This document shows, piece after piece, positions 55,432 to 64,000 of a stretch of 64,000 nucleotides of DNA; within the stretch, counting starts at the first letter, position 1; each line of letters starts with the position of its first letter. Position numbers and translations under genes: made by a program. Below the pieces are notes generated by a model. That model saw only the letters and a program-made list of their open reading frames with translations. It had not been told where the DNA came from and made no database searches. Source of the stretch: Gammaproteobacteria bacterium. Lineage in GTDB: Bacteria; Pseudomonadota; Gammaproteobacteria; Steroidobacterales; Rariloculaceae. The DNA lies in assembly GCA_022825505.1 (NCBI GenBank), contig JAJDWR010000006.1, positions 10,476 through 74,475 on the forward strand. The letters are read 5' to 3'.

Positions 55432-57384
55432 CTACCGCGGCTGGGTGATGACGTCGATCAGATAGGGCTCCCCGCCCTTCACCGTCTCGATACCACGCCG
55501 GTACGCCGCCACGAGTTCGGCCGGATCCTCGATCGGTCCCTCGCTCGCCATGCCGTAGGCCTCGGCCATCTTCGCGTATGAAATATACGGATCCCTCAGC
55601 GTAGTACCGATGTGCCCGCGGTCGGTGCCGCGGCCGCGTACGCCGGTCATGTACGCCACGAACATCAGTTCCTGATGCCACGCGCGGTTGTTGTGCATGA
55701 TGGTGAGCATGGGCAACCGGTGGTGTGTCGCAGTCCACAACGCGCCCGGACAGTAGTTGATGTCGCCGTCGTTCTGGATGTTGATGACGAAGCGCCCCCG
55801 CTCCTTCGCGGCCAGAGCGGCGCCGACCGAAGCGCCCAGTCCGTAACCGATGCCGCCTGCGCCGGAACTGCCGAGGAAACTGTACGGCTTGTCGAGCGCC
55901 CAGAGATCGGCGTGATGGGCGCCGGAGAAGCGCGACCCCGATGACAGGCACCAGTCCTCGTCCTCGATCAGCGGCCAGAGTTCCGCATACACCCTCGCGG
56001 TGGCAATGGGGCTGCCGTTCCAGCCGGCGCGCTTGGCCTGCGCGGCCGCCGTGACCCGCGCTACGGTGGCCGCGCGGTTGGCCTCGGCGTGGCTTGCCGA
56101 ACGCTGTTCGATCTCACGGCTCGTGCCGGCGGTGAGCGTCCGGCGGACTTCCTCGATAATCGCCGCCAGACTCGCCTCGGCATCGACGTCGACGTTGTTT
56201 TCACCCGGCGGCGGGGTGATCGGCACGAATCCCCGCCCCATCATCCGGTTGCCGCCCAGGCCGATACGGGTCGGATCGCGGTCCGTGACCGTCCTGATAT
56301 GAGGCCCCAGCAGGGCAGTCTGCTCCCCCGGCGCTTCCAGACCCAGCACGTAGTCGTACTCTTCACCGACGGCGCCCGGTCCGCACAGCGGATGGCGATT
56401 GGGGAAGCTGTTGGGCCCGTTGGCAGCGCGCGAGCTCGTGCAGGCGCCGACCAGTTCCGCAAGTTCCACCGCCCGGGCCACCCCCTCGGGTGTGCGCAGC
56501 CGGCCGACGTTGATGCGCGGGTTGTCTGCTGCAAGTAATCCCCGGGCGATTTCCCTTGCCTGTTCGGCACCGACTCCCGCCACCTCCAACGCAGGCAGCG
56601 GAGGAATCTGCATGCCCGGGGCTTCCTCTTTCTGCAACTCCGTATCCAGTACCACGAGGGTGGGGGCACAGGGAGGCGTCATGGCACGGTTGTACGCTTC
56701 ATGAATCGCCTCGAACGAGCCCTGAAGCGTCGTGGGGTGAGAGTCCCATTTGGTGAAGCTGCGTACCAGCCCGGCGATGTCGTCCGCGGTGTGCGTCTGG
56801 ATGAAGGTATTGTCCCGGCCGACCAGCAGCACCACCGGCGCCCGGTCGTAGTAGGCCTGGTAGATCCCCATAGTGGCGTTGGTCAAGCCGATAACGCCGT
56901 GGATCAGCGCCACCATGGGTTTGCCGGTGGCCTTGGCGTAACCGTGGGCCATATCCACCGCCGACATCTCGTGCAGCGCGGTGATGAACTCCGGCATGTG
57001 GTTCGGGGGATTGCCGTGATTGATGATGGATTCCTGCAGGCCCTCGAAACTCGAACCCGGGTTCGAGGCCACGTACTCGATCCCGAGTTCCCTGAGGACA
57101 TCCACCATCAGGTCCGAGCCCGGTGCCATGGCCCCGCGCGTCACGGCCGGTGGGCGGACATTGCCCTCCTCCCGGGCCAGTTGGGCTTCGGTGGGCGCCG
57201 GTACGTCTACTACCGCAGGCTCGGCGGCCTCGGCGACCTGTGCCATCGTTTCGGGCTGCTGCGCCCCGACGGCAGACGCGCCACCCACCAGAGCCGCAGC
57301 GCCGGTTGCAGCACCCGCGGCCGCACTCATGAGAAAATCCCGCCGGCCGGATTCCGGCCCGTGGTCGTCTGTCGACTTGGTCAT
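55432..57384 (-). CDS. Thiamine diphosphate-binding enzyme (ALS/benzoylformate decarboxylase-like) with Tat signal
   Basis: GRRDFL Tat motif; NPGSS, LHEMSAV.MAHGYAK, NDGD...HNN ThDP motif, YLIDV. Confidence 0.88.
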   Translation of the reverse strand: MTKSTDDHGPESGRRDFLMSAAAGAATGAAALVGGASAVGAQQPETMAQVAEAAEPAVVDVPAPTEAQLAREEGNVRPPAVTRGAMAPGSDLMVDVLRELGIEYVASNPGSSFEGLQESIINHGNPPNHMPEFITALHEMSAVDMAHGYAKATGKPMVALIHGVIGLTNATMGIYQAYYDRAPVVLLVGRDNTFIQTHTADDIAGLVRSFTKWDSHPTTLQGSFEAIHEAYNRAMTPPCAPTLVVLDTELQKEEAPGMQIPPLPALEVAGVGAEQAREIARGLLAADNPRINVGRLRTPEGVARAVELAELVGACTSSRAANGPNSFPNRHPLCGPGAVGEEYDYVLGLEAPGEQTALLGPHIRTVTDRDPTRIGLGGNRMMGRGFVPITPPPGENNVDVDAEASLAAIIEEVRRTLTAGTSREIEQRSASHAEANRAATVARVTAAAQAKRAGWNGSPIATARVYAELWPLIEDEDWCLSSGSRFSGAHHADLWALDKPYSFLGSSGAGGIGYGLGASVGAALAAKERGRFVINIQNDGDINYCPGALWTATHHRLPMLTIMHNNRAWHQELMFVAYMTGVRGRGTDRGHIGTTLRDPYISYAKMAEAYGMASEGPIEDPAELVAAYRRGIETVKGGEPYLIDVITQPR

Positions 57385-57495
57385 GACCTGTTCCCCACTG
57401 CAGACTTGCTCACATCAACCCAATACTACTCCCAACCCGAGGTCCCTTGCAGTAGCATTGCCGGACTGCGGGGAAAACCTCCTGGAGCGAGATTC

Positions 57496-58719
57496 ATGAA
57501 AGGACCGTTCTCAAACAGATTCAACCATTTCCTGTCTGGATTCATCACTATCGCGTTGATGCAAAACGCAGTTGCCGCGAACCTGTGGGACGGCGAAGAA
57601 GTACGCATGGGCGCAGGCTATCCGTTCATATCGAAATTCATCGGCGCCGAGAGAGACGCCCCCCTCGTCGTGTTCATCCCGGGAGCCCGCGGCCTCGCCC
57701 GCTTCGCCTACGGTGGCCACGAAGGCGGCCTGGAAGAGGACTTTCTGGCGTACTGGCTCAATAGGGAAGGCTACAACTTTCTGGGGATCTCCTATCCCGT
57801 GCTGACGGACGGCGGCGCCTTCGACGAGGCCTACCCGGACATCACCGTCCGGGCCTGGGGCTACGGTTCCGCCGAAATCACCAGGGCCGTCATGGAAGAA
57901 CAGGGACTGACCGGCTCCGTTATCGTCGCCGTATGGAGCATGGGCGGCAAGAGCGTCCAACCCTTCGGCGAAGCAGCCCTGGAACTGGGTATCGAGCTGG
58001 ATTTTCACGTGTCGCTGGCCGCAACGCCACCCCTGCCCAACTCCGTGAACATGAACGGGCGGATCCCGATGCACGAGAGCGGACTCGGCCTGCGGCCGGA
58101 TGGGGCCGGAGCGGCCGTGAACGCCCTTGCCGCCAACGCGAAAGAGAACGGACGCCCGGAGATCATTCCCGCCGACATCCTGAACTCGGACTATATCGGA
58201 CATTGGCCCGTGCAACTGACGGGAACCGGGCTGCGCTATGACGGGCAGCTACATGCCTTCTACCGGGACCATTGGGCCGACATGCAGGACACGAAGTTTT
58301 ACGCGCTCGACTATCCGCTCGTTGCCATGATCGTCCCCGGCCAGCAGGACCCGCGGCATGCAGTCATGGATCGGGCCACCTGGGGGTATATCAACTCCAA
58401 CACACTGTTTTTCGGCTATGCGGGCGGGGAACAGCAAACAAGATCGCTGCCCGAGGATCAGTTCGACCAGTTGAGAGACCTGGCGCGGGACGCATACACG
58501 CAACTGGCCATCGATATCGGCGGCAACCACTTCTTCTTCGTGGGCGAGAAGGGCGCCAGGGCAACCGTTGCGGCGATCGTGGAGCTGGAGAGCCGCGTTC
58601 ATCAATTGAAGGCGGACCTTGCCGCCATCGGGGCAAGCGCTGCGAACCAGCGCCTGCCGGCGCTACCCGAGATCGCGCAAAGTGCCGCGCTTCAGGGTCG
58701 CGCTGAAGGGTCGCGCTGA
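57496..58719 (+). CDS. Putative exported alpha/beta-hydrolase-fold protein
   Basis: LVVFIPG, VWSMGG nucleophile-elbow-like motif, GGNHFFF. Confidence 0.6.
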   Translation: MKGPFSNRFNHFLSGFITIALMQNAVAANLWDGEEVRMGAGYPFISKFIGAERDAPLVVFIPGARGLARFAYGGHEGGLEEDFLAYWLNREGYNFLGISYPVLTDGGAFDEAYPDITVRAWGYGSAEITRAVMEEQGLTGSVIVAVWSMGGKSVQPFGEAALELGIELDFHVSLAATPPLPNSVNMNGRIPMHESGLGLRPDGAGAAVNALAANAKENGRPEIIPADILNSDYIGHWPVQLTGTGLRYDGQLHAFYRDHWADMQDTKFYALDYPLVAMIVPGQQDPRHAVMDRATWGYINSNTLFFGYAGGEQQTRSLPEDQFDQLRDLARDAYTQLAIDIGGNHFFFVGEKGARATVAAIVELESRVHQLKADLAAIGASAANQRLPALPEIAQSAALQGRAEGSR

Positions 58720-58745
58720 AGGGCCGCGCTCATGTACCGCGCTGA
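58681..58745. repeat. 5 x 13-bp imperfect tandem repeat spanning the stop codon and intergenic gap
   Basis: agtgccgcgcttc / agggtcgcgctga x2 / agggccgcgctca / tgtaccgcgctga. Confidence 0.8.
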
Positions 58746-59663
58746 CTAACCCCGGTGCTCCGCCAGACAATCCCTGAACGACTCGGCCATGTCGTTGAGC
58801 AGGTTGAAATACAGGTCGGGGCCGCCGTCGAGTTCCGCGCCCAGCGGGTCCACCGTGCCCAGCCGTGCCGAAGTTCCTTCCGTGATGACGCCGGCAAGCC
58901 GGGAATCGAACTGGGGATCGGTCAGCACACAGACAACGCCGAGGTCGCCTACCAGGTCCCTCAACGCCATGATCCGCCGCGCGCCGGGCGAGCGGTCCGG
59001 CGAGACCAGTGCAGCCCCGGCCGCGATCAGGCCAAAGCGACTCTCGAAGTAGTGGAAGGCGTCGTGAAGCACGATGAACGGCCGGCCCCGCACGCCGTCC
59101 ATATCCGCGTCGATCCGCTCGAGTAGCGCGTCCAGCCGGCCGACCACCGCCTCGGCATTCGCCGCATAGGTGGCGGCATTGCCGGCATCCGCCGAGGACA
59201 GCGCATCGGCGATGGCACGCACCATGGTTCGGGCGTTCACCGGGTCCAGCCAGACGTGCATGTCCAGCGTTTCACCCTCAATCGCTTCCCGGTTGCCCTC
59301 CCCCTCGTGATCGTGCCCCTCGAAGGTTTCACCCTCCCGCAGCGGCAGCCGCATCAGTCCGTCGATCTCGAACAGCCTGACCACCCGGGCGTTGCGGCCC
59401 AGGGTATCGATGGAACCGGCGAGCGAGGACTCGAGCGCATCCCCGATCAGGAAGATGATCTCCGCGTTCTGGATGTCGCGGGCGTCGGACGGGCGCAGGC
59501 TGAAAGAGTGCGGGGACGTCGCGCCCTGGATGATGAGGCCCGGTTCGCCGGCGCCGAGCATGACCGCGGCAACCAGAGAGTGTACCGGCTTGATCGACGC
59601 AACGACCCGTACGGCCGCACCCGCCGCAGACGTGCCGGCAAGTGCTACCGTCAAACACACCAT
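58746..59663 (-). CDS. znuA: Zinc ABC transporter substrate-binding protein
   Basis: VVASIKPVHSL, SPHSFSLRPSD, HVWLDP, HDAFHYFE, DPLG; start uncertain (59663 or 59768). Confidence 0.9.
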   Translation of the reverse strand: MVCLTVALAGTSAAGAAVRVVASIKPVHSLVAAVMLGAGEPGLIIQGATSPHSFSLRPSDARDIQNAEIIFLIGDALESSLAGSIDTLGRNARVVRLFEIDGLMRLPLREGETFEGHDHEGEGNREAIEGETLDMHVWLDPVNARTMVRAIADALSSADAGNAATYAANAEAVVGRLDALLERIDADMDGVRGRPFIVLHDAFHYFESRFGLIAAGAALVSPDRSPGARRIMALRDLVGDLGVVCVLTDPQFDSRLAGVITEGTSARLGTVDPLGAELDGGPDLYFNLLNDMAESFRDCLAEHRG

Positions 59664-59945
59664 CGTCAACGTCAGACGGCGCACGCCCCGACGTATTCCC
59701 TGCAATGGGCTGTAGTCATGAGCACCGAAATCGACCGATTCGGCGAAACGACTCCTGAAGACGCCCATCCAAGTTCTCCTCTTCGCGAAACAGTCAACCC
59801 CGATCCAACCGCGCAATATAGCATCTGACGCACGTTGGCGAGCCAGCGCCGTAGCCTGCCGACAGCCGTTCAATGCGCCGCCAGGGTCGTTGCGGCAGGA
59901 CCTTGCGCACCATAGACTAGCGTTTTTCCGGCGGAGCACCCTACG

Positions 59946-60629
59946 CTGTCCGATCCACTCCTCGTCGCCAGCGACATCGGCATAAAGCGCGATGAACGCT
60001 GGATTATCCGGCATGTCGACCTGACCGTAAACCGGGGCGACCTGGTGTGCGTGATCGGCGCCAACGGCGCCGGCAAGACGACCTGCGTCAAGGCGGTGCT
60101 GGGACTCATCGAACTCACCGAGGGTACGGTAAAGCGCGCACGACCGCAGAAAATCGGATACGTGCCGCAACGGCTCACTCTCGGTCATACACTGCCCCTG
60201 ACGCTGAGGCGCCTGATGACGCTCACCGGAAAGTACTCGGCCGAGAAAGTAGACGCCGCCCTCGCCGCTGTAGGATTGGAACGCCTCGGGAATCCGCAGG
60301 TCGCGACGTTGTCCGGAGGCGAGTTTCAGCGACTGCTGCTCGCCCGGGCGTTGATACACCGGCCCGACCTGCTGGTGCTGGACGAACCCGCGCAGGGGGT
60401 GGACATGGCCGGAGCGGAGTTGCTCGACGAACTCGTCGACGAAATCCGCCAGAGCTTCGGCTGCGGTGTTTTGATGATCTCACACGATGTCAAGGATGCC
60501 GAAGCCAAGGCCGACAGTTTTGTCGTGCTGGTACCCCACGAACACGATCCGGGCTACGTGAGGGAGGATGCCGCCAGCGTTGCGGATCGCCATCGCGACC
60601 ACCGCCGCCACGGCCATAACGCACCCTGA
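59946..60629 (+). CDS. znuC: Zinc ABC transporter ATP-binding protein
   Basis: [30 protein letters not shown]; open frame extends 5' to CTG 59946 with GGAG upstream. Confidence 0.88.
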   Translation: MSDPLLVASDIGIKRDERWIIRHVDLTVNRGDLVCVIGANGAGKTTCVKAVLGLIELTEGTVKRARPQKIGYVPQRLTLGHTLPLTLRRLMTLTGKYSAEKVDAALAAVGLERLGNPQVATLSGGEFQRLLLARALIHRPDLLVLDEPAQGVDMAGAELLDELVDEIRQSFGCGVLMISHDVKDAEAKADSFVVLVPHEHDPGYVREDAASVADRHRDHRRHGHNAP

Positions 60630-60632
60630 ATC

Positions 60633-61436
60633 ATGTTCGACGATTTCCTGGTTCGCGCACTGCTGGCCGGCATCGGCCTAGCGCTCGTGACCGGTCCTGC
60701 CGGCTGCTTCATTGTGTGGCGCCGACTCGCCTATTTCGGCGAAACCATCTCCCACTCCGCACTGCTCGGCGTGGCGCTCGCGATCCTCCTCGATTTCGAC
60801 CTGACCATCGGCATATTCGCCGTCGCCTCCGCGGTCGTTCTGGCGATGTTCTATCTCGAACGCCGCGACACGCTGCCCACGGATACGCTGCTGGGCCTTC
60901 TGGCCCACGGCGGCCTCGCCGTCGGCCTGGTGACCCTTTCCTTCTTTCCCAACATGCGCATGGACCTGCAGGCGTTGCTCTTCGGGGACATTCTCGCGGT
61001 ATCGCGCACGGATCTGGCGCTGATCTGGATTGGCGGCGCGGTCGCCCTGGGCGTACTGTGCCTGATCTGGCGGCCGCTGCTGGCGGCGACCGTGAGCCCC
61101 GACCTAGCCAAGGTCGCCGGCATGAACCCGGAGCGCGCGAGGCTGATATTCGGAATCTTTCTGGCCGGGGTCATCGCCGCGGCCATCAAGGTCGTCGGCG
61201 TATTGCTGATCGTCGCTCTGTTGATCATTCCTGCAGCGACCGCACGCCGATTCGCCACCAGTCCGGAACGCATGGCAGTGGGCGCTGCCGTCGCGGGCAT
61301 TCTCGCGGTCGCCGGAGGACTTCTGGCTTCGGCCAATTTCGATACACCGTCGGGCCCCTCCATTGTGGTGGTCGCACTGGCGTTGTTCATGGTCACGCGA
61401 TTACGCTTTTCCCGAGCGGCGGACAGCGATCGCTGA
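60633..61436 (+). CDS. znuB: Zinc ABC transporter permease
   Basis: [38 protein letters not shown]. Confidence 0.92.
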   Translation: MFDDFLVRALLAGIGLALVTGPAGCFIVWRRLAYFGETISHSALLGVALAILLDFDLTIGIFAVASAVVLAMFYLERRDTLPTDTLLGLLAHGGLAVGLVTLSFFPNMRMDLQALLFGDILAVSRTDLALIWIGGAVALGVLCLIWRPLLAATVSPDLAKVAGMNPERARLIFGIFLAGVIAAAIKVVGVLLIVALLIIPAATARRFATSPERMAVGAAVAGILAVAGGLLASANFDTPSGPSIVVVALALFMVTRLRFSRAADSDR

Positions 61437-61513
61437 CAGGGACTGTTTTATCCGGAGGTGTTTTGGCTACATTTCGGACCAAGGAGTTCGATCAATACCA
61501 CAGGAGACGTTTA

Positions 61514-62761
<1,248 letters not shown>

Positions 62762-62874
62762 TCGTCGCCGGTGCGCTGAAGAATCGTACAGGTCCTGTAC
62801 CTTGCTGGCACGCCGGGGCAGCGCGCCGCCCTTGAGTGCCCTGGGGCGCGTTGATCATGCGCCCCGCTCCGCGT

Positions 62875-63705
62875 TCACGCCCGATTCATCATCTGCGCCA
62901 GTGCCGAATAGCTGCGCCGGATCGTCGAATCGGGGTCCGGCGAGTCGTCGCGCTCGACAAAGGCATAACGAACGCCGGTGTCGTCTCGGTCGAGCAACGC
63001 TGCGAAGTCGATCACGCCATCGCCCACATCGGCCATTTCGCCCTCGGTGTCCATGTCCTTGACGTGCCATAGCGTAAACCGGCCGGGATAGCGCTCGAAG
63101 TAGTCGAGTTCCGAGCGCCCTCCGGCGCGAATCCAGTACAGATCAAGTTCGAACTCGACCAGCGCAGGGTCCGTCTCGTCCAGCAGCACATCGTATGGAA
63201 CCTGCCCGTCGGCGGACTCGAATTCGAATGCATGGTTGTGATAGGCGAACCGCAGGCCGGCGCCATTGCAGGCCTCACCCCAGGCATTGAACTGCTCCGC
63301 CATTCGATAATAGCCATCCAGGGAGGCGCGCGATTCGGGGTTGATGGCGGGCACGACCAGGTATCGATGCCCCATAATCAATGCCGACTCGATAGCACCG
63401 TCCAGGTTATCGGTCATGTCAGCCTGGGAAACATGCGCGGCCGGCGCCGCGAGGCCCAGGTCGTCGAGCATGTGTCTCAACTCACTGGCGGGATAGTCGT
63501 AGTAGCCGGCGAACTCCACGTGTCGGTAACCGATGCCGGCAACGAGTGCCAGTGAAGACGGCACATCGTCCCGCATCAGTCTGCGGATCGTGTAAAGCTG
63601 CAGTCCCGGGCTGAGTTCGGTCCCTCCGCTGTCCTGAGCCCGCAGCGGCAGGACACCGCCAAAACCGGTTGCCAGCACGCCCGCAACAAAGCCGCGTCGA
63701 TTCAT
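62875..63705 (-). CDS. Sugar phosphate isomerase/epimerase with Tat signal
   Basis: MNRRGFV, GLQLYTIR, YHNHAFEF, ELDLYW, HVKD, VERD. Confidence 0.88.
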   Translation of the reverse strand: MNRRGFVAGVLATGFGGVLPLRAQDSGGTELSPGLQLYTIRRLMRDDVPSSLALVAGIGYRHVEFAGYYDYPASELRHMLDDLGLAAPAAHVSQADMTDNLDGAIESALIMGHRYLVVPAINPESRASLDGYYRMAEQFNAWGEACNGAGLRFAYHNHAFEFESADGQVPYDVLLDETDPALVEFELDLYWIRAGGRSELDYFERYPGRFTLWHVKDMDTEGEMADVGDGVIDFAALLDRDDTGVRYAFVERDDSPDPDSTIRRSYSALAQMMNRA

Positions 63706-63820
63706 GCTCTTCCTCCCGGTCCAGAAGAGCTTGCGGCGGTGGTAGCCGTCCGTCGCACGTGCGTCGTCATTCATCTGATTCTCCCTGAATTGACGGTTGT
63801 CGGATATTGGAGACTGGCGA

Positions 63821-64000
63821 TCAGTCCCGCGACACTTTCGTCCACTTCTCGCCTGACCGGTCGTTGCGGATGATCGCGTCGATGAACGCGAGACCGGACA
63901 CGCCCTCGTCGATCGTCGGGTAGTCGTGGAGAGGGTCGTGCGTCTCCCCGGCCTCGTGCGCGGCGATGGCGTAGGCGAAGTTGCGGTAGATGTTGGCGAA
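63821..64000 (-). CDS. C-terminal fragment of Gfo/Idh/MocA-family oxidoreductase (runs off window)
   Basis: Manual translation FANIYRNFA...YPTIDEGVSGLAFIDA...KW. Confidence 0.7.
   Translation of the reverse strand, partial: FANIYRNFAYAIAAHEAGETHDPLHDYPTIDEGVSGLAFIDAIIRNDRSGEKWTKVSRD

Noticed and set aside
53057-55951. 964-aa minus-strand ORF
   Set aside because: Antisense or off-frame to the MFS, cytochrome and ThDP genes; no recognisable domain
59812-59824. Zur-box-like half site AATATAGCAT between znuA and znuC
   Set aside because: Only one half matches, and it could equally be an extended -10 box

Overview
High-GC gammaproteobacterial-type chromosome segment; the lineage is inferred from the gene order and a host-associated (e.g. 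sponge) lifestyle is only a guess. A conserved core runs from 16.9 to 37.6 kb: djlA, csiV, purine salvage genes, nagZ, rlmD, acpS-pdxJ-recO-era-rnc-lepB, rseCBA-rpoE, sdhEBADC and ygfZ. Accessory regions rich in exported redox enzymes flank it. The best signal is a selenoprotein hidden by the ORF track. ORFs 11501..11752 and 11774..12571 form one reading frame joined by an in-frame TGA in a W-U-P-F-C (UxxC) motif, followed by a SECIS-like hairpin. The product is a signal-peptide-bearing AhpC/TSA + DsbD-N-domain fusion lying 0.8 kb from an oxidoreductase-SelD fusion. Other notable items: a His-N-terminal DUF6152-type secreted module present both fused and split, a Tat-signal ThDP enzyme paired with a cytochrome c, a P450 + aryl-sulfate sulfotransferase pair, a stand-alone ABC-ATPase/TOPRIM (OLD/PARIS-like) gene, tandem endostatin-like lectins, a PQQ dehydrogenase with a D-x-D motif, a shared operator-like motif at two divergent promoters, a probable CTG start for znuC, and many short tandem repeats. 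No rRNA, tRNA, CRISPR array or intact transposase was seen. All family assignments come from motif recognition, not database searches.
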